NCBI GenBank assembly: GCA_022819585.1
Contig: JAJEGY010000014.1
Coordinates: forward strand, 20,969-84,968
Source: Dehalococcoidia bacterium
GTDB taxonomy: Bacteria; Chloroflexota; Dehalococcoidia; Lucifugimonadales; Lucifugimonadaceae
DNA length: 64,000 nucleotides
Direction: 5' to 3'
Shown here: positions 1 through 9,327 of the stretch, in pieces
Numbering within the stretch: position 1 is the stretch's first letter
How the letters are laid out: each line of letters opens with the position of its first letter
Program-made: the position numbers and the translations under genes
The notes under the pieces: generated by a model
The model's database searches: none
What the model saw: only the letters and a program-made list of their open reading frames with translations
Told to the model about the DNA's origin: nothing

Positions 1-171
1 CGCCGAAGAATCGACGCAGCGAGGCGTGCTTCCCGACATTGAAGCCGCCGTTGATCTTGTAGCTGAACTAGGCTGAACTCTCGCGCCTGAAATCTGCGTC
101 AGTGGTTCGGTCTTGTGGCAACTAGATGCTGACGCGATAATCTAGTCTCACGAATTGTCCAAGACACATCG

Positions 172-852
172 ATGACTACCGTTGCCAGCCATAAATCGCT
201 CGATTTTGTTGACCCCGCACCACGTCTAACCCGTATCGACATCGCGCAACGTGCTGCTCGGATGCTTGAACACGGTTGGGTTGTCAATCTGGGTATCGGC
301 ATCCCGTCGGCTTGTGCGGATTTTGTGCCGGAAGGGGTGTATCTGCGATATCAGGCAGAAAACGGGGTGCTTGGCTATGGCGAGTTGCTTCCGCCTGAAG
401 AGGGTGACCCCGATCTGATCGACGCGAGCGGTAAGTTCACCAAGATGACGCCTGGTATGGCGTTCTTCGATTCGGCAGATTCCTTCGCGATGATACGGGG
501 CGGACATATAGATGCAACGGTGCTGGGAGCGCTGCAAGTGTCGGGGCAGGGAGATTTGGCTAACTGGATGTTGCCTTCGAGGGGGATCGGCAGCATCGGT
601 GGCGGGATGGATTTGGCGGCGAACACCAAGCGTGTGATTGTGGCAATGGAGCACACTACTCGGCGTAACGAGCCGAAGATCCTTGAAGAGTGCACTTTTC
701 CGTTGACGGCTCAGCGATGCGTAACCGACATCGTTACCGATATCGCTGTGATATCCGTGATCGATGATGGGTTGGTGTTGAAGGAGTGTGCGCCGGGCTG
801 GGGCACACAAGATGTGCAGGCACTGACGGCGGTTTCGCTGCAATCACTGTAG
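172..852 (+). CDS. Family I CoA-transferase, subunit B (3-oxoacid/glutaconate CoA-transferase beta)
   Basis: 226-aa ORF. It has the N-terminal GWVVNLGIGIPS block and the catalytic-Glu block YQAENGVLG (SENG-type motif) typical of B subunits. Confidence 0.88.
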   Translation: MTTVASHKSLDFVDPAPRLTRIDIAQRAARMLEHGWVVNLGIGIPSACADFVPEGVYLRYQAENGVLGYGELLPPEEGDPDLIDASGKFTKMTPGMAFFDSADSFAMIRGGHIDATVLGALQVSGQGDLANWMLPSRGIGSIGGGMDLAANTKRVIVAMEHTTRRNEPKILEECTFPLTAQRCVTDIVTDIAVISVIDDGLVLKECAPGWGTQDVQALTAVSLQSL

Positions 853-876
853 GAAAGTAGAAACGAAACGGTTGCG

Positions 877-2019
877 ATGAAGATAACTGATATACGGACG
901 GTGGTGGTCGGCAATCCGTGGAAGAACTGGATCTATGTGGTTGTGGAGACAGACGATGGGTATCAGGGAGTGGGAGAGGCTACAGGTGGTTTGAGCACAC
1001 AACCTACGGTTGCGGCGGTTGATGAGGTAAAGCATCTGGTGATCGGGCGTGACCCGCGGGATATCCATGCGATCTGGAACGAGCTTTATTTGGCAGGGTT
1101 CTTGAACATCAACCGGGAGATGTCTGGGATTGAGATGGCGTGCTGGGACATCCTTGGAAAATCGTTGAATGTGCCGGTTCATCGTTTGCTGGGCGGGAAA
1201 GTGCGGGACGATATTCGGGTGTATGCGAACGGCTGGTATTCGGGGGATCGGACGCCGGAGGGATTTGCGGAAAAGGCGTCGGAGGTCGTTGCCAAGGGTT
1301 ATACCGCTCTGAAGTTGGATCCGTTCGGGACTGCGTATCTGGCGTTGAGCAAGTCGGAGACGCGTGAGGTTCAGGCGTTGCTTAGGGCGGTGAGGGATGC
1401 AGTTGGGGACGATGTCGAGATCATGATCGAGGCACATGACCGCTTCAGTGTAGGGGCGGCGATTGAGATTGGGAATTGGTTGGAAGAGTTTGATGTGACT
1501 TGGTTTGAGACGCCGGTGTTGTCGAATGATGTTGATGCGTTGATTGAGGTTGCCAAGCGAGTGCCGGTGCGTGTGATTGCTGGGGAGAGGATGCATGAGT
1601 TGCACGATTTCGCTCGGTTCTTGAATGCGGATGTGACGGACATCATCAATCCTGAGCCGTTGGGAGTCGGCGGTGTTTGGCGGACGCTGCAAATTGCGGG
1701 GATGGCTCGGGCGCATCATGCTCAACTGGCGCCGCATAATGCGGAGAGTCCGCTGAAGACGATGATCGCTCTGCACATCGACGCGGTTACGCCGAATATC
1801 TACATCCAAGAATGTTTCGATGACTTCTTGGAGCCGTGGGTTTCAGATGTGTTGCACGGTTTCGAGCGGGTCGAGAATGGGAAGTTGAGAATACCGGATA
1901 CTCCCGGGTTTGGGGTTGAGTTGGATGAGGCGGAGGCCAAGAAGCATCCGTACGGGAAATCTAATTTCTTGAGGATGTTCAGGCCGGGGTGGGAACGGCG
2001 CGACGTGGCACATGACTAA
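877..2019 (+). CDS. Enolase-superfamily enzyme (mandelate racemase/muconate lactonizing enzyme family, sugar-acid dehydratase-like)
   Basis: 380 aa. The N-terminal capping domain reads MKITDIRTVVVGNPWKNWIYVVVETDDGYQGVGEAT. Also present are MACWDILGK, a KLDPFG barrel strand and acidic metal-ligand strands (IEAHD, ETP). Confidence 0.9.
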   Translation: MKITDIRTVVVGNPWKNWIYVVVETDDGYQGVGEATGGLSTQPTVAAVDEVKHLVIGRDPRDIHAIWNELYLAGFLNINREMSGIEMACWDILGKSLNVPVHRLLGGKVRDDIRVYANGWYSGDRTPEGFAEKASEVVAKGYTALKLDPFGTAYLALSKSETREVQALLRAVRDAVGDDVEIMIEAHDRFSVGAAIEIGNWLEEFDVTWFETPVLSNDVDALIEVAKRVPVRVIAGERMHELHDFARFLNADVTDIINPEPLGVGGVWRTLQIAGMARAHHAQLAPHNAESPLKTMIALHIDAVTPNIYIQECFDDFLEPWVSDVLHGFERVENGKLRIPDTPGFGVELDEAEAKKHPYGKSNFLRMFRPGWERRDVAHD

Positions 2020-2708
2020 GCACCGTTCTTGGTGTTCTTCTCGTATTCCTCCTCGTAATTCTCGAAGAACTTGTCGTCGCCTGATCCATCCCAACGCCAT
2101 CGGAACCGGAAACGTCCGTCATCGCTATCGAATTCAAACTCGCGGTCTTCGGAAAAGTCTGGGGCCCACTCGTCAAGGCCTTTCGGCAAATCTTCGAACC
2201 ATGACCTGAATTCGTCGGCATCCTCTTCTGTCATAAACCCACGCTCAACTAGTTGGTCAATCCACTCGGCTCGCCGTGGGTCCTCGAATTCGAATCTGTC
2301 GGAGGGGAGTTCGTCGAATTCCTTGAACGGCGTTAAGTCGGGCAAACGCTCGATCCGATCTTCGAATCTGTATTCGTAATCGCGGTCTAGCTTTTCTCGG
2401 TCGAAGAGATTATCAAGCCATTCTTCGGTGTCTTCGGGTTCGCGGAAGAAGCGGAAGAGTTCGGGCAGGTCTGATGATTTTGCATCTGGGTCTGCGACGT
2501 CGTCATCCGCGATTTCAATCTTGACTTGGACGGCTTTTTCCGGTTCTGTCAGGGTTCCGATGCCTATGATGCTTGCGGCGCGTTCGATGAAGGATTGGCC
2601 TTTGTTTTCTTGGTAATCTTGGATCGCCGCGATGGTGAAGACGATGGCTATGAATACGATTGCGATGGCGGCGATGGCTGTTGTTACGCCTATGACGCGG
2701 GTTTTCAT
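2016..2708 (-). CDS. Hypothetical membrane-anchored, highly acidic protein
   Basis: 230 aa. There is a single N-terminal TM segment (VIGVTTAIAAIAIVFIAIVFTIAAI) followed by a D/E/F/R-rich domain. No recognisable family. It converges on the enolase gene with a 4-nt overlap. Confidence 0.55.
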   Translation of the reverse strand: MKTRVIGVTTAIAAIAIVFIAIVFTIAAIQDYQENKGQSFIERAASIIGIGTLTEPEKAVQVKIEIADDDVADPDAKSSDLPELFRFFREPEDTEEWLDNLFDREKLDRDYEYRFEDRIERLPDLTPFKEFDELPSDRFEFEDPRRAEWIDQLVERGFMTEEDADEFRSWFEDLPKGLDEWAPDFSEDREFEFDSDDGRFRFRWRWDGSGDDKFFENYEEEYEKNTKNGA

Positions 2709-2873
2709 TTGTCTCGCTCCGTGACGGAGTTTGTGATTGACAGGAAGCGGTTTCGCTGAAGGATACGTGACATTCTAGGGATCGGATTTAGGTGGCGCGG
2801 GCAATGGTTAGAATTGTTGCGGATGAGTTCACGCATGAGTTGGGAGAAGGATGGATTTGTTGACAGGTAGCGC

Positions 2874-3677
2874 ATGTTGAAGATTGCAGTCTGCGCCAAG
2901 CAGGTGCCGGACACGGACATCCCGCCTTCGCAGTTCAAGGTGGATGAGGGGGCTTTGCGTGTGGTCCCGCCTGCGGGGGTGCCGCCGATTGTCAATGGGT
3001 TCGATATGAATGCGGTGGAGGCGGCGTTGCGGTTGCGGGATGCTGGCGCCGAAGTCGAGATCGTGGTCTTTTCGGTGGGGACGGAGTTTGCTTTGGATGT
3101 GATGAAGAAGCCGTTGGCGATTGGTGCTGATCGGTTGGTTCTGGTGGATGATGAGGCGTCGGAGTCTTTGGATGCTATGGGGACGGCGAGTGTGTTGGCG
3201 GCGGCGATTGAGCGGGATGGTGGAGCGGATCTGGTTCTGGCGGGCAGGCAGGCTTCGGATTGGGACCAAGGGCATGTTCCGATCATGTTGAGCGAGATGA
3301 TGTCGGCTCCGCTGGTCACTTTGGTTCGGGCTTTGAGTGTTGGCGGTGATGGAAGTTCGTTTGAGGTGGAGCGAGTTGCGGAGGGTGGGTTCCAGCGTGT
3401 GGCGTGTCCTATGCCCGCGGTGATGACGGTTACGAATGAGCTTGGAGAGGCGCGGTATGCGAATTTGAGGGGGATTATGGCGGCGAGTCGGAAGCAACCG
3501 GAGACGATGACTCTGGCGGATCTGGGACTAGGAGAGTTGGTAAATGGCAAGATGGTGGAGATGACGCGGCTGTTTGTTCCGGTATCGGAGTCGAATGTCG
3601 AGATTATCGAGGGTGAGGATGAGGCGGATTCGGGTCGGTTGCTTGCGTTGAGATTGCGGGAGGCGAAGTTGATATGA
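2874..3677 (+). CDS. etfB: Electron transfer flavoprotein, beta subunit
   Basis: 267 aa. It starts MLKIAVCAKQVPDTD and contains LVLAGRQASDWDQG. It is immediately followed by etfA with a 4-nt overlap. Confidence 0.92.
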   Translation: MLKIAVCAKQVPDTDIPPSQFKVDEGALRVVPPAGVPPIVNGFDMNAVEAALRLRDAGAEVEIVVFSVGTEFALDVMKKPLAIGADRLVLVDDEASESLDAMGTASVLAAAIERDGGADLVLAGRQASDWDQGHVPIMLSEMMSAPLVTLVRALSVGGDGSSFEVERVAEGGFQRVACPMPAVMTVTNELGEARYANLRGIMAASRKQPETMTLADLGLGELVNGKMVEMTRLFVPVSESNVEIIEGEDEADSGRLLALRLREAKLI

Positions 3678-4663
3678 GTGGTGGCGTGTTGATCTTTGGC
3701 GAGGTGGTGGATGGTGGGTTGCATCCGACGGTTAGGCAGTTGGTGAATGCAGCTGGGCGTGTAGCGAATGCGTCGGAGGTGACGTTGTGCCTGGCTGTTG
3801 ATGGGTCGTTTGATGAGGGGGGTCTTGATGGTGTGAGTGTTGGTGAGGTGGTCTTGTTTGAGCATCCGGATGCGGTGTCGGATGGGATTGGTGGAGTGTA
3901 TTCGTTGTTGACGGAGTTGGTCTGCGATGCGGTGGAGAGGTTTGAGCCAGGTGTGGTTTTGGTTGGGAAGACGGATGCTGGATCGGTGGTTTCGGCGCGA
4001 TTGGCGGCTCGGTTTGGTGCTAGTTTGGCTTCGGACTGTATCGATTTGGCTCTGAATGCCGAAGGGAGAGTGGCGGTAACTCGGCCTGTGCATGGTGGCA
4101 GCGCGTTGGCGGTGTACGAGTTTGCCGGGGATGGGTTGCAGGTGGTTTCGGTTCGGCCTGGTGCGTTTGAGGCAACTGAGGGAGTGAGTGGGATGCCTCA
4201 GGTTGATCGGGTTGATGTTTCTGGGATTGGTGTCGATGGCGCGGTGCCGGTGTTGGTTGAGACTGTGGTTGAGGAGAGTGAGGGAGTGCCTTTGGAGCAG
4301 GCGGATGTTGTGGTTTCTGGCGGTCGTGGGCTTGGCGGAGTGGAGCCGTTTGATCAGTTGCGGGAGTTGTGCGGGTTGCTTGGCGCTGCTTTGGGGGCGA
4401 GTCGTGCGGCTTGTGATGCGGGATGGATCGATCACTCGCATCAGGTGGGTTTGACGGGGAAGAGCATCAGCCCGACGACGTATATCACGGTTGGTATTTC
4501 GGGTGCGAGCCAGCACATGGCGGGGTGTTCGTCGGCTCGGAACATCGTAGCGATCGACAAGGACCGTGAGGCAAATATCTTCTCTCATGCCCGGTATGGT
4601 GTTGTTGGGGATTGGGCGAAGGTGTTGCCTGCGTTCACGGCGGCGGTCGCGGAGTTGGATTGA
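3674..4663 (+). CDS. etfA: Electron transfer flavoprotein, alpha subunit
   Basis: 329 aa. The C-terminal FAD-binding block reads VVSGGRGLG...GASRAACDAGW...QVGLTGKSISPTTYITVGISGASQH. Confidence 0.92.
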   Translation: MSGGVLIFGEVVDGGLHPTVRQLVNAAGRVANASEVTLCLAVDGSFDEGGLDGVSVGEVVLFEHPDAVSDGIGGVYSLLTELVCDAVERFEPGVVLVGKTDAGSVVSARLAARFGASLASDCIDLALNAEGRVAVTRPVHGGSALAVYEFAGDGLQVVSVRPGAFEATEGVSGMPQVDRVDVSGIGVDGAVPVLVETVVEESEGVPLEQADVVVSGGRGLGGVEPFDQLRELCGLLGAALGASRAACDAGWIDHSHQVGLTGKSISPTTYITVGISGASQHMAGCSSARNIVAIDKDREANIFSHARYGVVGDWAKVLPAFTAAVAELD

Positions 4664-4678
4664 GATAGGAGTATTGGA

Positions 4679-6142
4679 ATGAGCAGCAGCGGGGATCGGC
4701 CGAATATCGTTTTTCTGTTTCCGGACCAGTTTCGGGCGGATTTTGCGGGTTGCTATGGTGCGGACTGGTTGAGGACGCCGAATATTGATCGGATGGCTCG
4801 TGAGGGTGTGCGGTATGCGAATGGATTTTCGCAGTCGCCAGTTTGTGTGCCTGCTCGGACTGCTCTGTTGACGGGTGCGAATGCGATTCGGAACGGGGTT
4901 ACGAACAATTCTCAGAATTTGAGGGCGGACTGGCGTGAGGCAGGGATGCGGACTTGGCCGGAGATTTTGAATGATGCGGGCTACTACACGGCGGGGATCG
5001 GGAAGATGCATTTCTACCCGTGGGATGAGCGCAGGGGATTTCAGTATCGTGTGGTGTGCGAGGACAAGCGTTGGTTGCATGTGCGGGACGACTACTATCA
5101 CCATCTGAAGAAGCATGGGTTGCGAAAGTTGCATGGGGATGAGATGGATGGGTATCACGAGAACAAGGGGGCGGTGATCCACGACATCCCTTGGGAGCAT
5201 TCTTGGGACCACTTTGTGGGGTCGGAAGCGGTGAAGTTCATCGAGCGTTACGGGAATGAAGGGCCGTTTGCGATGATGGTGGGGTTCCCGGGTCCGCACT
5301 GTCCCTATGATCCGAATGAGCAGTTTTTGGAGGGGGTGGATGAGAGCAAGTTGCCGGCGGCGGCACCTGAGGTTCCGGGGCATCATTCGAGTTTGAGGGA
5401 GACGAATGTAAGCGGGAATCGTCGGCCTTGGAACGGGGTTGATTATGAGGAGTTTCCGGATGAGACGAAGGTGACGGTCCGGAAGCATTACTCGGGGCTG
5501 GTGCAGCAGATCGACTATGAGGTTGGGTCGATTTTGGATGCTTTGGAGCGGATCGGGGAGTTGGAGAATACTTACGTCGTGCTGGCTTCGGACCATGGGG
5601 ACTATCTGGGCGACCATAATCTGATCGGGAAGGCTTCGTTTTTCGAGTCGGCGATTCGGATTCCGTTTTTGGCGATGGGGCCTGGTGTTGAAGGTGGCCA
5701 AGTGGTTGAGGATCTGGTGGAGTTGCGTGATGTTACGGCGACGATGTTGCGGTGGGCTGGTGTGGAGTTGCCGGTCTGGTATGATGCGGTGCCGTTGCCG
5801 GGTGAGGGGATGCCGGGGGATCGTGGTCGGGATCGGATTTTCGGTATGTTGACGGATGGGTGGATGAACTATGACGGTCGGTTCAAGTTGCATCGGTACA
5901 AGTCGGGGGAGGCGTTGCTGTTCGATATTGAGAATGATCCTCAGGAGCAGGTGAATTTGCTGGATGACCCGAGGTATGCGGATGTTCGGCATCGGTTGGA
6001 GGGTGAGTTGTTTGAGGAGGTGATGGGTTCGATCGAGGCGGCTTCGCAGGACCGGTTGGCTCAGCATGGGGATATGTCGCAGGATCCTGGGTTTGGTCGG
6101 GAGAGCTGGGAGCGGGTATATCCGCATCCGCCGGTGATGTGA
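4679..6142 (+). CDS. Sulfatase (formylglycine-dependent arylsulfatase family)
   Basis: 487 aa. It has the N-terminal NIVFLFPDQFR block and the CxPxR formylglycine motif in SPVCVPARTALLTG. GKMH and SDHGD metal/active-site blocks are also present. Confidence 0.9.
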   Translation: MSSSGDRPNIVFLFPDQFRADFAGCYGADWLRTPNIDRMAREGVRYANGFSQSPVCVPARTALLTGANAIRNGVTNNSQNLRADWREAGMRTWPEILNDAGYYTAGIGKMHFYPWDERRGFQYRVVCEDKRWLHVRDDYYHHLKKHGLRKLHGDEMDGYHENKGAVIHDIPWEHSWDHFVGSEAVKFIERYGNEGPFAMMVGFPGPHCPYDPNEQFLEGVDESKLPAAAPEVPGHHSSLRETNVSGNRRPWNGVDYEEFPDETKVTVRKHYSGLVQQIDYEVGSILDALERIGELENTYVVLASDHGDYLGDHNLIGKASFFESAIRIPFLAMGPGVEGGQVVEDLVELRDVTATMLRWAGVELPVWYDAVPLPGEGMPGDRGRDRIFGMLTDGWMNYDGRFKLHRYKSGEALLFDIENDPQEQVNLLDDPRYADVRHRLEGELFEEVMGSIEAASQDRLAQHGDMSQDPGFGRESWERVYPHPPVM

Positions 6143-6143
6143 G

Positions 6144-6169
6144 GCGGGCGGCAGGGCCGCTTTTCTTTT
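6144..6169 (+). terminator. Candidate intrinsic terminator after the sulfatase gene
   Basis: GC stem gcggc-agg-gccgc (6148-6160) is followed directly by ttttctttt. Confidence 0.5.
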
Positions 6170-6499
6170 GTTTGGTTGTAGACGCGTTTAGTTGGGGCTT
6201 TTCAGCCCTTCTTGATTTTCCGATTTCTCGGTTTCTGGTTTTGCCGGGGGCTTCGCTCGGTTCACTCCCTGCCGCGATCGCCTCGCTGGGCCGTTCCGGA
6301 CTTATCGGACTGCCGAAGGGGAGCCAGACAGTCAAGCTGGTCCGCTTCGGAGTTACGTCCTCTTTCTTATCCGCTTCATCCGCTTCTCGACGGCGCAGCT
6401 TTTATGCGCTGCTGCGTCGTCGGTCTGCGGTCGACTTGCGCCGTTTGGCGGGGCAGACACAGGATCCGTCCCATGCCAGGTTCTGCGGGAGCTGCCAGC

Positions 6500-6561
6500 G
6501 CTCCTGCCCGGACGACGACGGCGCCCTCACCCTAACCCTCTCCCGTCCAACGGGAGAGGGG
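6500..6561 (+). repeat. Family-1 intergenic repeat, diverged copy E (3' half plus hairpin)
   Basis: The sequence ccctcaccctaaccctctcccg-tccaa-cgggagaggg aligns to the 3' half of copy B. A perfect 10-bp hairpin lies at 6536-6560. Confidence 0.6.
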
Positions 6562-7052
6562 ACATGAGGTCCCCCCGAAGGGGGTTGACGAGTTCGCCGC
6601 CCCCCATCGGCCTTTCGGCCTGGAACCTGTAGCCGTCCTCGTGGCGAGCGAGGCCGACGTCTCCCTGCATCCACGCAAGTCCTCCCGACCCCCTTCGCCG
6701 ATGCCGCGTCTCTGCGGCGTCGGCGCTGACCGGCTTGGTCCTTTGGGACCGGCGGCGACTGGACAGCCCTTCTCGCCGCGGCTGAGACAATGGTCCGAGG
6801 TGCGTTTCCAACAGGACCCGGTTAGCCTTTCAGCGACTCGGCAGCCGCTGCGGGGGCGTCGCCACGGACGTTTGGGCGGTTCCGCGTCTCGCCTCTTTCG
6901 GAGGTCCGGCCGCGGGCGCTTTCACGTCCGACGCTTTTCCCGATGGTTCCCCGGGCTGGGGGTGGCCGCTTCCGTTTTGCGGCGCAAGTCTATCGATCAA
7001 ACTGTTATCTATATTAGCATGGATGTTGGTGTTGTCAAGTTGTTTTCTGAAC

Positions 7053-7258
7053 TGGGATTCTTGGGATCAGAGGGATTTTTGGGATTTTGTTGTTGTGTTG
7101 CTGGGGTTTTGCGCTGACGCGGACGGAAATCTGCATGGATGGACGGGATGAAGGGGATTTTGGTGGTGGTTGTTTGGCGTGCCTCACCCGTTTGTCCGCC
7201 CCAGCCGCCCTCGCCCTGGCCCTTTCCCGCTGTTGTTGGGTGTTTTGGGGGAGAGGGG
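7053..7258 (+). repeat. Family-1 intergenic repeat, copy A (5' G/T-rich module duplicated)
   Basis: The module tgggattcttgggat... occurs at 7053 and again from about 7153. The core gtgcctcacccgtttgtccgccccagccgccctcgccc lies at 7179-7216. A terminal ccctttccc...ggggagagggg hairpin follows. Confidence 0.75.
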
Positions 7259-7355
7259 ATGTGTCCATAGCCTGTGATGGTTTTGGTTGGAGAAAAGGTT
7301 GTGAGAAAAGTGTGTGGTTTTTGGAGGGAGTCCGTATTTTTGCGGAGGGCGTTTG

Positions 7356-8225
7356 TCAGCTTTGTAGTTTGGATCGTATGGCTTGTTCGAACTCGGTTAT
7401 TGTGACTGGGGTCCCTCCGGTGAGGCCTTCGGTGGCGCGTTCCAGTGTGGTTACGTGTACGGTGTCGGGGGTTAGTTTGAAGGGGCCATTGGGGGAGGTT
7501 TGTTTGAAATCGACGGTGAACCATGCGATGTCGCCGCTTGATAGGTCGTTGACGGTTTCCATGTGCCCGAGGGAGTTGTAGAAGTGTTTGTCAACGACAA
7601 CCGCCATCTTTTTGCCCCAACGTCGCAGGGTGGGGACTTTGATTTGGAGTTGTGGCATGAGACGTTTAGGGCCGCTACTGCGGTAGTCAGGGCGTCGGGT
7701 GTGACTAGGGAATGGAGGACGTGTGCCTTGGTGTGTGAGGATGTTGCGAAACTCCTCGGCCATGCTCCTGCCGGAGAAGTAAACGGCTTGGATTTCCAAG
7801 GCGCACCAATTGAATGCCGGGGTGTCAGATTCACCGTTGGTCAGGACCATGTCGATGCGGCCGACATGCGAAGCACTATCTGGCGCTCGGAGGAAGCCGA
7901 TTTCCGTGGCGACCTCGGGTTCGGGAGTACCCAGTACTGTTTCGCCGACCCATTTGACGATTGCCATGTCTTCTTCGAATCGACGAGGGCAGAGGACCCG
8001 CAATCCGTCTTCCGGGCCTTGGACTTCGGTGATCTCGCCTTTGGCATCCTCATACAACCGAAATGAGCATACACCGCCCTTCTTGGTGCATGCTCCGCCG
8101 CCGATACGAAAAGGGCAGTTGCGGGTTGAGTCTCCAGCAACGAATCGGTGACGCTTCTCTTGGTAGAGGTCTATGTAGGAGTGGCCGTACCACTCGCCGA
8201 TGCCGAAGCGCCGATTGGGGCTCAC
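7356..8225 (-). CDS. Type II restriction endonuclease, NotI-like fold
   Basis: 289 aa. Four N-terminal Cys residues (NCPF, GACTKK, GVCSF, VLCPRRF) resemble the NotI Cys4 metal cluster. GRIDMVLT and ALEIQAVYFSG resemble the NotI PD-(D/E)XK blocks (FSFDWTL, LEIQTMDFHG), recalled from memory. It overlaps the upstream methyltransferase gene by 4 nt. Confidence 0.7.
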   Translation of the reverse strand: MSPNRRFGIGEWYGHSYIDLYQEKRHRFVAGDSTRNCPFRIGGGACTKKGGVCSFRLYEDAKGEITEVQGPEDGLRVLCPRRFEEDMAIVKWVGETVLGTPEPEVATEIGFLRAPDSASHVGRIDMVLTNGESDTPAFNWCALEIQAVYFSGRSMAEEFRNILTHQGTRPPFPSHTRRPDYRSSGPKRLMPQLQIKVPTLRRWGKKMAVVVDKHFYNSLGHMETVNDLSSGDIAWFTVDFKQTSPNGPFKLTPDTVHVTTLERATEGLTGGTPVTITEFEQAIRSKLQS

Positions 8226-9157
8226 GGGTTCAACTCGCCGGAGGTAATCAGAAGTTCGTACATTATGGCGTGATGAGTGTTTTTCATCGCGACTTTTGCC
8301 AGATGGAAATGTCGGTTTGTAGCCATTTCGATCACGTCTGGGTTTTCGTCGTAGGTCATCATGAAGGGACCTTGGACCATAGCCGTGTGGTCGAAGAGTG
8401 ATTCGTGGTCTATTTCGTTGAAGTTGTAAAGGCGGGTTCCAGCGCGTTTTCCGGCGACAGTGTAGGGGGGATCGATGAAATAGGCTGCCTCAGCACTGTC
8501 TTGAGTGCTGCCAATCAGTTCGATGCCGTCGCCTTCTACGCATTCGAAACGCGAAGCGCATCTGCTGATCGCCCTGATTCTTTCGGCGATTGTTTTGGCG
8601 TACCAACGCGAGGCTATGCCGTTGCCGTTCTCCCCTCTGTTCATTCTGGATGCCCCTTTTGCGATAATGCCACCGCGATTCACCCGATTCTTTAGGAGGG
8701 TTTGGAATGCGGCATCGAGACCGTTGGTCGGCTCGCGTTCGAACTCTCTACGAACGTCGTCGGGGCTTGGCGTGAAGCGTTCGACTCTTCGCGCTAAGGT
8801 CTCCCCGTCTTCAAATATGCAACGCCAGAAGTTTGCCAGCTCGGGGTCTTTTTCGCCAAGGATCGCGCGGTCGACGAATCGTTCCATTACGGCAGTGAGC
8901 GAAGCGACTGCCCCACCCGCGAACGGTTCGATAAATATGGTTGGGCGAGGACTTAGACTGATCAACCAGTTGCGAATCTGCGGTATCAGCCATGTTTTGC
9001 CGCCGGGGTAGCGCAAGGGGCTACGTTGGGGGACAGATGCTACGTTGACGACTTTGTTCGAGAGGATGGGAATGTGCGATTGGTCGTCAATGTCGTGTTC
9101 ATGAGTGAGGGTTGTTTGTCGCTCAGGCGCTTTGGGTTTAGTGATGTGCAAAGTCAT
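8222..9157 (-). CDS. DNA N6-adenine methyltransferase, D12 (Dam-like) class
   Basis: 311 aa. Motifs present are PLRYPGGKTW, motif I FIEPFAGG and motif IV FIDPPY. Confidence 0.9.
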   Translation of the reverse strand: MTLHITKPKAPERQTTLTHEHDIDDQSHIPILSNKVVNVASVPQRSPLRYPGGKTWLIPQIRNWLISLSPRPTIFIEPFAGGAVASLTAVMERFVDRAILGEKDPELANFWRCIFEDGETLARRVERFTPSPDDVRREFEREPTNGLDAAFQTLLKNRVNRGGIIAKGASRMNRGENGNGIASRWYAKTIAERIRAISRCASRFECVEGDGIELIGSTQDSAEAAYFIDPPYTVAGKRAGTRLYNFNEIDHESLFDHTAMVQGPFMMTYDENPDVIEMATNRHFHLAKVAMKNTHHAIMYELLITSGELNP

Positions 9158-9327
9158 AAATCAGTGGTGCTGTGTCTTGAATGAGGTTGGTAGTTACTAC
9201 TACTCTATCGGGAAAGTTGGGTTTGGTTGATACGTGTTGGCAGAGCGAGGATTGTGGATTTGATCGGGGTGGGAAAGTCGTGACGGCATACCTTCAAAGT
9301 CCGGTGATTCCAGAAGGAATCGAGCGC

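Noticed and set aside
844-1809. 321-aa minus-strand ORF
   Set aside because: It is a shadow frame antisense to the enolase-superfamily gene. The composition is R/H/P-rich and there are no motifs.
2705-6127. 1140-aa minus-strand ORF spanning etfB, etfA and the sulfatase
   Set aside because: It is antisense to three well-supported plus-strand genes. The translation is R/P/H/T-rich low complexity with no motifs. This is a typical stop-free shadow frame in GC-rich DNA.
6139-7117. ORFs of 90-158 aa on both strands in the 1.2-kb gap
   Set aside because: All are R/P/S/G-rich. They have no RBS or motifs, and several run through repeat copies and hairpins. I treated the region as non-coding.
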